A stretch of 64,000 nt of DNA from contig MU058687.1 of the NCBI GenBank assembly GCA_013265495.1, forward strand, positions 1,178,001 through 1,242,000. The letters are read 5' to 3'. The position numbers and the translations under genes are program-made. The notes under the pieces were generated by a model. That model was not told the origin of the DNA. It worked only from the letters and a program-made list of their open reading frames with translations, and did not search any database. Of the stretch, positions 19,481-53,202 are shown one piece after another. The stretch comes from Vicugna vicugna (lineage: Eukaryota). Each line of letters starts with the position of its first letter. The first letter of the stretch is position 1.

Positions 19481-21302
19481 TTTTTTTAATTGAAGTATAG
19501 TTGATTTATAATATTGTGTTATTCTTTTTCATTATAGGTTGTTACGAGATATTGAATATGGTTCCCTGTGCTATACAGTAGGTCCTTGTAGTTTATCTAT
19601 CCTGTACATAGTAGTTTGTATCTGCTAATCCCAAACTCCTAATTTATCCCTCCCCCACCCTTTTCCTCTTTGGCAACCATAAGTTTATTTTCTATGTCTG
19701 AGCCTCTTTCTGTTTTGTAAATAAGTTCATTTGTGTCATTTTTTTGGATTCCCCATATAAGTGATACCATATGATGTCTTTTTCTGTCTGACTTACTTCA
19801 TTAATATGATAATCTCTAGGTCCATCCATGTTGCTGCAAATGGCATTATCTGATTATTTTTTATGGTCGAGTAGTATTCCATTGTATAAATAAACCACAA
19901 CTTCTTTATCCAGTCATCTGTTGATAGACATTTAGGTTGTTTCCATGTCTTGGCTATTGTAAATAGTGCTGCTATGAACATTGGGGTGCAGGTATCTTTT
20001 TGAACTGGAGTTTCCTCCAAGATACAGGAGTGGGATTGCTGGATCACCATATGGTAACTCTACTTTTCTTTAAGGAATCTCCATACTGTTTTCCATAGTG
20101 GCTGCACCAAATTACATTCCCACCGCCAGTGTAGGAATGTTCCCTTTTCTCCGCATCCTCTCTAGCATTTATTATTTGTAGATTTTTTTAATGATGGCCA
20201 TTCTAACTGGTGTGAGGTGATATATCTTTGTAGTTTTGATTTGCATTTCTCTGATAATTAGTGATATTGAGCATCTTTTCATGTGCCTACTGACCTGTAT
20301 GTCTTCAGTGGAGAAATGTCTGCCCATTTTTTGATTAGGTTGTTTGTTTTTTTTTGTTATTGACTTGTATGAGCTATTTGTATATTCTGCAAGTTAAGTC
20401 TTTGTCAGTCATGTCATTTGCAAATATTTTCTCCCAGTCCGTAGGTTGTCTTTTTTGCTTTAATTATGGTTTCCTTTGCTGTGCAAAAGCTTGTAAGTTT
20501 AATTAGGTCCCATTTGTTTATTTTTGCTTTTATTTCTATTGCCTGGGTAGACTGACCTAGGAAGACACTGCTACAATTTATGTCAGAGAATGTTTTGCCT
20601 ATGTTCTCTTCTGGGAGATTTATGGTGTCCTTCCTTATGTTTAAGTCTTTAAGCCATTTTGAGTTTATTTTTATGTACTGTGTGAGGGAGTGTTCCAACT
20701 TCATTGATTTACATGCGGCTGTCCAGCTTTCCCAACACCACTTGCTGAAGAGACCGTCTTCTCCATTGTATATTCTTGGCTCCTTTGTCAAAGATTAATT
20801 GACCGTAGGTGTGTGGATTTATTTCTGGGCTGTCTATTCTGTTCTGTTGATCCATATGTCTGTTTTTGTGCCAATATTATGCTGTTTTGATTACTGTAGC
20901 TTTTTGTAGTATCGTCTAAAGTCTGGGAGGGTTATGTCTCCAGCTTAGTTTTTTCTTCAGTATTGCTTTGGCAATTCTGAGTCTTTTGTGATTCCATTTA
21001 GGTTTTAGGATTATTTGTTCTAGTTCTGTGAAAAAATGTCCTGGGTAATTTGATATGGATCACGTTAAATCTGTAGATTGCTTTGGGTAGTATGGCCATT
21101 TTAACAATATTACTTCTTCCAGTTCAAGATCATGGGATATCTTCCCATTTCTTTAAATCATCTTTAATTTCCTTTATCAAAGTTTTACAATTCTCAGCAA
21201 ATAAATCTTTTACCTCCTTGGTCAGGTCCTAAGTTTTTTTTTTTTGATGCAACTTTAAGGGATTGTTTTTTAACTTTCCTTTTCTGATACTTCATTATTA
21301 GG
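19481..21302 (-). mobile_element. 5'-truncated LINE-1 (ORF2 3' end plus 3'UTR)
   Basis: ORF-track peptides [23 protein letters not shown] and [20 protein letters not shown] are L1 ORF2; TSD taacacttttt. Confidence 0.93.
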
Positions 21303-22185
21303 TAACACTTTTTTAAAATCCCCCAAATTGGTCTGACCTAAAAAGATTTGTAAAACTCTCAGGACAGCTGGCCTCTATGTAGCTCTGGAGAGTGGAGGCA
21401 GAGGTCCAGAGGCCACAGCACCACACTGGGCCTGGAGGCAGAGTCCCTGAAAACACCTTCCTTTTTAAGGTCATATCTTCCAGTCTATGAAACCATTTAT
21501 ATGTATTTAGGAGAATAAAGGCCACTTTTAGACAGTGGTGCCTATTCTTCAGGGCTCCTATTACGTAATTCTACAAGGATCCCCTTGAAAACTGACGAAG
21601 GCTTTCCCTGAACCTTCTGTGAGGCACATGCTAGTGAATGTACTACTTCATTGCTCCTGTAAGATTCACTTCAGGGCTGCTGGCAAACAAACTTTTTCTC
21701 CCACAGCACAAATTTGTTTCCTGTATTAAAAAACGAAGAAAATCATTCCATCTGATGCAAAGGCCAGCGTGAGCAGGCTGGTCGGAAAATACAAAAGTGG
21801 AAATTCTCATTGCAACATCTTTCTCATTGTATGACATCCCAGTTGCAATAAACATTACCAGCTGTTTTTTTTGCTTTTATTTTTCTTTTGTAGGGCTTTC
21901 GTCTATTGAGGCCAATTAACCAGAAATCAAGTCATCTGAAAAGGTGGGAGGGATACATATTAAGAGTGGTATAACAAGCACTTGCAGAAAGATCAGTCCT
22001 GGTCCCAAATGAAATTATGAGGCCATTAGATAGGCATACTGTACTAAAAACAAGATATAATTTGAAAGGGACCAAATAACACTTGTCTCCTAAAAAATGC
22101 AAAGAACATACCTGATTAGATTGAAAGAATAAATGCTGCCTTTTGATATGAAAATTGCTTTCATATAAAGAGAGATATTTAACAA

Positions 22186-22878
22186 ATTTTTTTATTGGAA
22201 GTGTACTTGATTTACAATGTTAGTTTCAGGTGTATGGCAAATTGGTGGTTCAACTATACATACACATACATATGTATTTTTTTCATATTCTTTTCCATTA
22301 TAGCTTATTACAAGCAATTGAATATAATTCCCTGTGCTATACAGTAGGTCGTTTTTGTTTTATCTATTTTATATATAATAGTATGTAACTGTTTTCCCTT
22401 TGGGTAACCATAGTTTATTTTCTATGTCCACTAGTCTATTTTTGGTATGTAAATAAAACTTGTATCTTTTTTTAGATTCCACATATAAGTAATATCATAT
22501 GATACTTGTCTTTCTCTGACTTACTTCACTTAATATGATAATCTCTAGGTCCATCCATGTTGCTGCAAATGGCATTATTTCACTCTTTTTTTGGCTGAGT
22601 AATATTCCATTATATATGTATACCACATCTTTATCCATTCATCTGTCAATGGACATTTAGGTTGTTTCCATGTTTTGGCTATTGTAAATAGTGCTGCTAT
22701 GAACATTGGGGTGCATGTGTCTTTTGGAATTATATTTTTTTCCAGATATAACCCAGGAATGGGATTGCTGGGTCACATGGGAAGTCTATTTTTAGTTTTT
22801 TAAGCAACCTCCATACTGTCCTCCATAGTGGTTGCACCAATTTACATTCCCACCAACAGTTCAGGAGGCTTCCTTTTT
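22186..22878 (-). mobile_element. LINE-1 3' fragment
   Basis: L1 3'UTR and ORF2 end similar to 19481-20150; TSD aagagagata. Confidence 0.9.
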
Positions 22879-22912
22879 AAGAGAGATACTTTTTAAGTAC
22901 AAAAAAATTTTT

Positions 22913-23295
22913 ATTATCATACTAAGTGAAGTAAATCAGCCAGAGAAAGGCAGATATCATATGATATCACTTACATGTGGAATCTTAAAAAAATGATACA
23001 AATGAATTTATTTACAAAACAGAAAGAGACTCACAGACATAGAAAACAAATTCAACAATGGGAAGGAGGGGAGGGATAAATTAGGAGTTTGGGATTAGCA
23101 GATACAAACTACTACATACAGAATGGATAAACTACAAGGTCCTACTGAATAGCATAAGAAACTACATTCAACATCTTGTAATAACTTATAATGAAAAAGA
23201 ATCTGAAAAAGAATATATATATATATATATAAATGAATCACTATGCTGTACACCAGAAACTAACACATTGTAAATCAACTTCAATTTAAAAAAAT
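22913..23295 (+). mobile_element. LINE-1 3' fragment
   Basis: actaagtgaagtaaatcag...aactaacacattgtaaatcaacttcaat, then A tail. Confidence 0.88.
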
Positions 23296-23373
23296 TTTAT
23301 AAAACAAGCTCATAGTACTTTCACCATATTACTGGTTTGGGATATGAACAATATCAGTCTCTGAAAGAGGGGG

Positions 23374-24345
23374 TTTTATTTTTTTCTTACATTCTTTTAT
23401 TTACTATACATATGCAAGTATGTTTTATGTACAATAATTTGTTTCTATCAAATAATCATACACTCTATTGGTAATCTTCCCCAAAACAAATTCAGGTGAA
23501 ATTAGATATTTGTGCATTTCATGGACTACCAAAAACTTGAGATTTCATTACTGATTTCAGTTTTGAGGTCATACACACAATTTAAAATATACATGAACTG
23601 GCTTAAGGTGATAAAAGTGGGCTGAAAGAAACCACAGGATTCAGAACAATTAAACTGTATTGTGCTTGCATTAGAGCCACAAGGTGAACAACAAATGTGG
23701 TGTGTATCTCTAGTTCTTTTACCATGGGGGGAGGGGGAGCAAACAGCTGATAGGACCTACCGGACTGAGGCTTGGCCAAGGGTTCCTTTCTTCTTCACTT
23801 CTGCTTTCTTGGGTTCTTGTTTCCATGTGTAATCAGCCAGGGAAGCCTTGACTGCACCTTTAGCCAGCAGGGAACAGTGCAGTCACAGGAGGAAGGCAGA
23901 GTGCCTTGGCTATATCCAGTTTTGTTCGTTTGTTTGTTTGTTTATTGAAGTATAGTCATTTTACTGTATGGGTTTTGATGGTCAAGGCTTCCACTACCAT
24001 CTTCCCTTTAACCTATTCAATGGCTAACCACCTGGAGGCCATTGCAGAACCACAGCCAAATCTTTTAAACCTGGTATCCACGGTCTTCCCCTTTCATCCA
24101 CTTGAATCTGTAATTTCATTACATCCACATGCTGGAGCCACCACCAATCCAGTTCCAGCGTTTTTAGATGTCTTGTCAAGGGGCCCTTTTCTAGAATTTT
24201 CACATGATCAACAAGCTTGTGACAGAGCAGTATAGAGCTGACAGCTCCCGCGCAGGCAGGCGGAGGTTTTGGAGCTGCAGGGCCCACGCCCACCTGGGAC
24301 ACCAGCTCCAGCCGCTGCCTCTTGTACACTTGTGCCTGTGTGAAG
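23374..24345 (-). pseudogene. ISCU: Processed pseudogene of the iron-sulfur cluster scaffold ISCU (5'UTR, disabled CDS about 24320-23784, 3'UTR, poly(A) remnant)
   Basis: Minus-strand fragments AAAGAG..RLPARELSA..HK.VDH..LDKTSKNAGTGLVVAPAC/DVMKLQIQVDE/FGCGSA..E*VKGK..EALTIK/DIAKALCLPPV/LHCSLLA..LADY..KQEPKK; intronless; start ATG lost, frameshifts, in-frame TAG at 24013-24015; AATAAA at 23396-23401 then A-rich tail 23374-23385. Confidence 0.92.
23925..23971 (-). mobile_element. Tiny 5'-truncated L1 terminus inserted in the ISCU pseudogene
   Basis: ttgaagtatagtca matches the L1 3' end at 28060-28075; (AAAC)n tail; TSD gttttg (23919-23924 / 23972-23977). Confidence 0.7.
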
Positions 24346-25172
24346 AGTTTTTTTTTTTAATCCAAATCTAATTTTATTAGTGACCCCGATTAGACTACCC
24401 GAGTGCCTGAGGTAATGCTTGCTTTGCTGGCTTCCCTTCTCCCACAACCTTCCTCCAAATCCATTGCTACGAAGGCATCCTCAAGAGTTTTTAAGGCGGC
24501 AATAAAACACAAAAAAACAGGAACAGGATTAAATTTTCTCTATACCATTCCTGTCATTGCTTCTCTTTATCATTAGTTGTTATCCCTAAAATAATCTAAC
24601 TGCAGGCCAGGTGGAAGATGCAGGGAACATTTTTAAAGAGTGCACAGAAACTCAATGTCTGAGATGCAGAATGTAAAGCAGCAGCAAAGTGAGGTGAAGG
24701 AGGCTGGAGGGACGGGAGGGGCCGACCGATCACGGATGTGGGGGTGTCTAAGAAGGCAGACTTGATCTCTGGGAGTTCAGCATCAGGTAAATCACATCAG
24801 TGCAAATTATGAGGCTGGAAAAAAACTTCAAAACAAAACCAAAAAAATTCCCATCCCATCCCCCCAAAATCCCACAAACCAACCAACCAATCAGACAATT
24901 AATCATTAAATTTTATCCTTAAATAAGTTACAAAAATAGGTATTATAGGGCAACTTCTTGTGTGCACGGGTGCCAGTGAATGAACTGTCTTTAGGCTTGA
25001 ATTCCATCTGGGTACCTGACTGGAGGAAGTCAATCTGCTCAAGGAAGACAGATATGCTAAGCAGGTGCACTGGAACCATTCAGTCAAGACTGCCGGTGCC
25101 TGCTGTTCACCTCTCCACTTAGAGGCCTACAGTCAGCATCCTTTTGGTTCCTTAGAGACAATAATTCTGTTC

Positions 25173-49487
<24,315 letters not shown>

Positions 49488-50178
49488 GGCAGGTAGAAAG
49501 TTGGTGAGATTGCCAGGCACTGGTTTCTCTTTCTGACTGGAAGTAATTGCCTCTGGAAGGAGGGAAAACAGGAACACACACTATTAAAGCTTCAGACTTA
49601 CACGGCAGCAACCATTTCTCTCAAGCACTATGAAGAAATAGTTGAGGTAAATGAAATCTCTTATTAAACCACATTGTAAAACAAAGCAAAACAAATTATA
49701 GCTCTGATCTCTAGGCAGATCACACAGCTTATGTTTGGTGAAGTGAATTTAACATCCAAAGCAGGATTCATAATTTCGTAATTTTTATTGCTCCTCTCTA
49801 AATTCCACATTCCCTAAAGTGAAATCATAGACACACTTGAAGTTGACCCTTAAGACAGTTTTCAAAATTCTAATCACTTCACCAAAATGCCAAGATGCCT
49901 AAATTCCACTAAGAAACATTAGCTAGAAATTATTCATGAAAAAAAAGTCCAAGCTAGTTTCATAACATTCATACATTACACAATAATCATGACTTTTAGA
50001 AAATACTTATAATGAAGTGTTACGACACTACAGTAACTAAGGTGTAGAAACAGAAGGGAAATAAAATCAAATTGCTATAACAAGAAGAGATGGGTATTAA
50101 GATTATTAATAATTACTATTGCTATTATTGGTTAAATGCAGTTACCTCAGGGGAAAGAGACTAAGAATGGGAAAGGAC

Positions 50179-50322
50179 GGGGTGGGGGAGTAGGGCGGGG
50201 TACAGCTCAGTGGCAGAGCGCGTGCTTAGCATGAACACGGTCCTGGGTTTGATCCCCAGTACCTCCATTAAAATAAATTAATAAATAAATAAACCTAATT
50301 ACCCCCACCCCCACCCCCCAAA
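50179..50322 (+). mobile_element. tRNA-derived SINE (Vic-1-like)
   Basis: ggggtacagctcagtggcagagcgcgtgcttagcatg...aaacctaattacccc; TSD aatg(g/a)gaaagga. Confidence 0.85.
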
Positions 50323-50799
50323 AATGAGAAAGGATAGGGCATGAAAATTCGTTTTCATTGTAAGCCTTTCTGTATCATTTGATTTGTAATCTTGTTCATA
50401 TATTACTTTCAATTTTTCAGAAGGTCCTTACTATTGTTTTGAATTAATATTCTTGGTCTTTCCCGATAGCATCAAAGTACTTTGGTAATAATAATGATGG
50501 CCAGGGACTGTCTAAACGTGATTTTAAATTTTCCTGCAGGTAAAAAAAAAAAAAAAAAGATTATTCTTAAGTTAAGGTCCCTCAAGCTGAGAGCAGCATG
50601 GGCTAGACCCGTCGCAAGTGGTAGGCAGGGCTAGTTTTTCAAACTCGGGAAAATCAGAGCTATAACTGCAGATTTGACGATTTCTAAGATAATGAACTTT
50701 GCAGCCAGCAGCAAATGAGAGATAAACATTTAGTAAGTATTCCGGTCTGTACCCAGCTCAACGATTTCCTGGTTACACTCCAGTTCTTCCAGGGCCACA

Positions 50800-51300
50800 G
50801 CTCCTGAGACAAATGGTCCGATTCGATCCGGGTTCTGAGCTAAGAAAGCTTCGGGGAGCAGTGTTGCGACCGCAGAGCACCCCCAGGCTCAGGCTGCACC
50901 CCCGCCCCCTCCCCAGCCAACCCGAAACCCCGGCCTGCGCAGGCTTGGTGGACAGGCTGGAGGCAGGCCGAGAGGCCTCCCGGAGCCTTTGCCAGCTAGG
51001 TCCGTGAAGCTGGCCCGCAGCAGTCGCCACGGCCCTTTTGGAGTTAGAAGAGCTCCCAGAATCTTCCTTTCATCGCATGCTTTCCCCAAAGTCACCCCGA
51101 ATCGCGCCTCACCAACTCGCGTAAACCAACCACCTCCGAACACCGGACGCGCGCACGTTGGCTCGCGGGGCTCATGCACGCGAGACTCATGCACGCGCGA
51201 GCTCGCGAGCATGCGCTTCTGAGCCGCCTCGCTGAGAGCACCTAGTCCGCGACACCCCAATGCGCATGCGCACCAGGTGTTACCGCCCTGGGGATTCCTG
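50800..51300 (-). promoter_or_regulatory. MLH3 CpG-island promoter and first exon (candidate donors at 51096 GGG|gtgact or 51113 TTG|gtgagg)
   Basis: Very CpG-dense; perfect NRF1 palindrome TGCGCATGCGCA at 51261-51272; CGCG palindromes (GCTCGCGAGC 51201-51210); TSS and donor choice not determinable from sequence. Confidence 0.8.
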
Positions 51301-51725
51301 TGTCCCAAGGTCTCTTCACACTGGTACTCTGAATTCTCAGTCCTTATCCGTTTTAGCATGGCTTGAAAAAGCTGTTTCTAGCAATGTTTACTTTTGTTTT
51401 TCTTCTTTCCATTTCTCTCATTTATCTTTTGCACGTACTACCACTTAATTCAATATATATTTTGCTTATCATATGTCTCCTTTCACTAGGATATAAACTA
51501 TATGAACGAAGGGATTTTTGTCAGTTTTGTTTGCTACTCTATCCCCATGGCAAGAACAACGCTTTATGTTAGGCATTCAATTAATGAATAAATCCAGGGC
51601 CAGAACTATAGCATTTCAGAACTGGAAAAGACCAAGAAACTGTCTAGCTCAGTTCTTAATTTGCAGATGAGGACAAGACTCCCTTCACTGACTTTTTTGG
51701 TATCTTCCCAATACCACTGCATCTT

Positions 51726-51830
51726 CTTTTTTCTTTTTCTTTTTCTTTTTTAAGTAGTGGTCCTGGGGAACAGAATCCAGGACCTCGTGCATGCTAAGCA
51801 AGGCACTCTACCACTGAGCTATTACCCACC
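51726..51830 (-). mobile_element. tRNA-derived SINE (Vic-1-like, short)
   Basis: gacctcgtgcatgctaagcaaggcactctaccactgagcta; TSD ctgcatctt. Confidence 0.8.
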
Positions 51831-52079
51831 ATCTGCATCTTTTCTAATGAAATGAGAGTGGAACTCCAAGGACACTGTGTGAATAGGTACTTGGGGGAAT
51901 TGTTCACCAACGTTCAGTTTTTGCTTTGTCTTGTTTTCACTGAAACCTTTTATTTTTAAAAATTGGAATTTATGAGAAACTTGTCAAACCCAGTAAGCAT
52001 TTGATATATACATTTTAAAATGGCTGACCGAACCAAATCAGGAGGTATCTGAGGCTGATGAAACAAAATGCTCATTGCT

Positions 52080-52463
52080 TGTATTAGTTTGCTAAAGCTG
52101 CCATAACAAAATACTGCAGACTGAGTGCCTTAAACAACAGAAATTTATTTTGTCACAGTTCTGGAGACTAGAAATCTGAGATCAAGGTGTTGAAATGTTG
52201 ATTTCTTCTGGGGCCTCTCTCCTTGGCTTATAGATTGCTGTCTTCCCATGTTCTTTCCTCTGTGCATACACATGTCTGTGGTCCAAATTTCCTCTTCTTA
52301 TAAGGACACTGGGGCATACTGGATTAGGGCCCATCCTATCGATCTCATTTAACCTTAACTATCTCCACAAAGGCCCTATCTCCAAATACAGTCACATCCT
52401 GAGGTACTGGGGGTTGGGACTTCAACATATGAATTTTCGGGGGACATAAATTAGCCCATAACA
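52080..52463 (-). mobile_element. MaLR (MLT1A/B-like) solo LTR between the ACYP1 3' end and the MLH3 promoter
   Basis: tgtattagtttgct...gctgccataacaaa...cccataaca termini; 5-bp TSD ttgct/ttgat. Confidence 0.85.
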
Positions 52464-52796
52464 TTGATTTATGTTAATTCCTTACCCAGAGGACAGGAAT
52501 GACAGCAGAAAACTCCAGAAAATGAAAAATAATTAGTCCAAAATACGATTTGAACAGCTAAAAAATTGAACTTGTAGTATTTGTTCTTACTAGTTGTGCA
52601 ATTTCCTGAAGAAAATTTCATTGAAACTATTTAAAAGAAATGATTACAAGTAACTGCTAACTTTTTCTTTCAGACTTCTTTAAACTACCTCAAAATTCTC
52701 TTCCCAAAGATGTTTACTGAGTAAATCCCTCTTATTTTGCCCAAAATGAAGTTCACCAAAGAAAAAATAAGTATCCTACACAGAAGGTACTGTGTT

Positions 52797-52802
52797 TTTA
52801 TT
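52797..52802 (-). terminator. ACYP1 polyadenylation signal
   Basis: AATAAA on the minus strand (tttatt on plus) about 185 nt after the stop. Confidence 0.65.
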
Positions 52803-52986
52803 GATTAGAACTGTGTACATAGAACTATAATCCTTCCATCATACATATAATATACAGTAACTATCAAATATCTGATACTAAAATAACTTATTGACAAATT
52901 CTAATATTGAACACAGAATAGCTCTATCTCTATTAACAATAAAAAACAAAACCACTGGGTATCTTGGAAATTTTAAATTCAGACCA

Positions 52987-53202
52987 TTATTTCACAATTT
53001 GAAAATCTGAGTAATCCAACTTTAAGATGACTTTCTCATTGTTGAAGCTTGCTCTGTCAATGTGCGATTTGGGACTTCCTTTTGTCTCAAGCCATTCCTG
53101 CATATGACGTACTTTGGAGGTCGGACCTTGCAATTGTCCTTGCACTGTGCCCTGGTCCGTGTTCTGGACCCAGCCTACTAATCCAAGCTTCTTACTCTCA
53201 GC
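52987..53202 (-). CDS. ACYP1: ACYP1 last coding exon
   Basis: cccttag|GCTGAGAGT...ATTGTGAAATAA; 71 codons plus stop. Confidence 0.96.
   Translation of the reverse strand, partial: AESKKLGLVGWVQNTDQGTVQGQLQGPTSKVRHMQEWLETKGSPKSHIDRASFNNEKVILKLDYSDFQIVK

Noticed and set aside
23918..24351. ISCU-L1 template-switch chimera (5' half of ISCU fused to an L1 tail)
   Set aside because: ISCU homology resumes immediately after the L1 piece (DIAK.LCLPPV... and the 3'UTR), so this is a later nested insertion rather than a chimera
23906..24447. ORF-track ORFs 23906-24235(+), 24024-24329(-) and 24208-24447(-) as novel genes
   Set aside because: They are frame-shifted or antisense readings of the ISCU pseudogene
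49488..49577. ORF-track start at 49577 as the MLH3 start
   Set aside because: It is a GTG in the intron 1 polypyrimidine tract, upstream of the exon 2 acceptor; the conserved start is MIKCL at 49487
50192..50265. tRNA gene
   Set aside because: The tRNA-like head is followed by a SINE body, A-rich tail and TSD, and has four dispersed paralogues in the window
50773..51448. Unspliced ORFs across the MLH3 CpG island as independent genes
   Set aside because: GC-rich artefacts with no recognisable homology; only the spliced extension idea is retained
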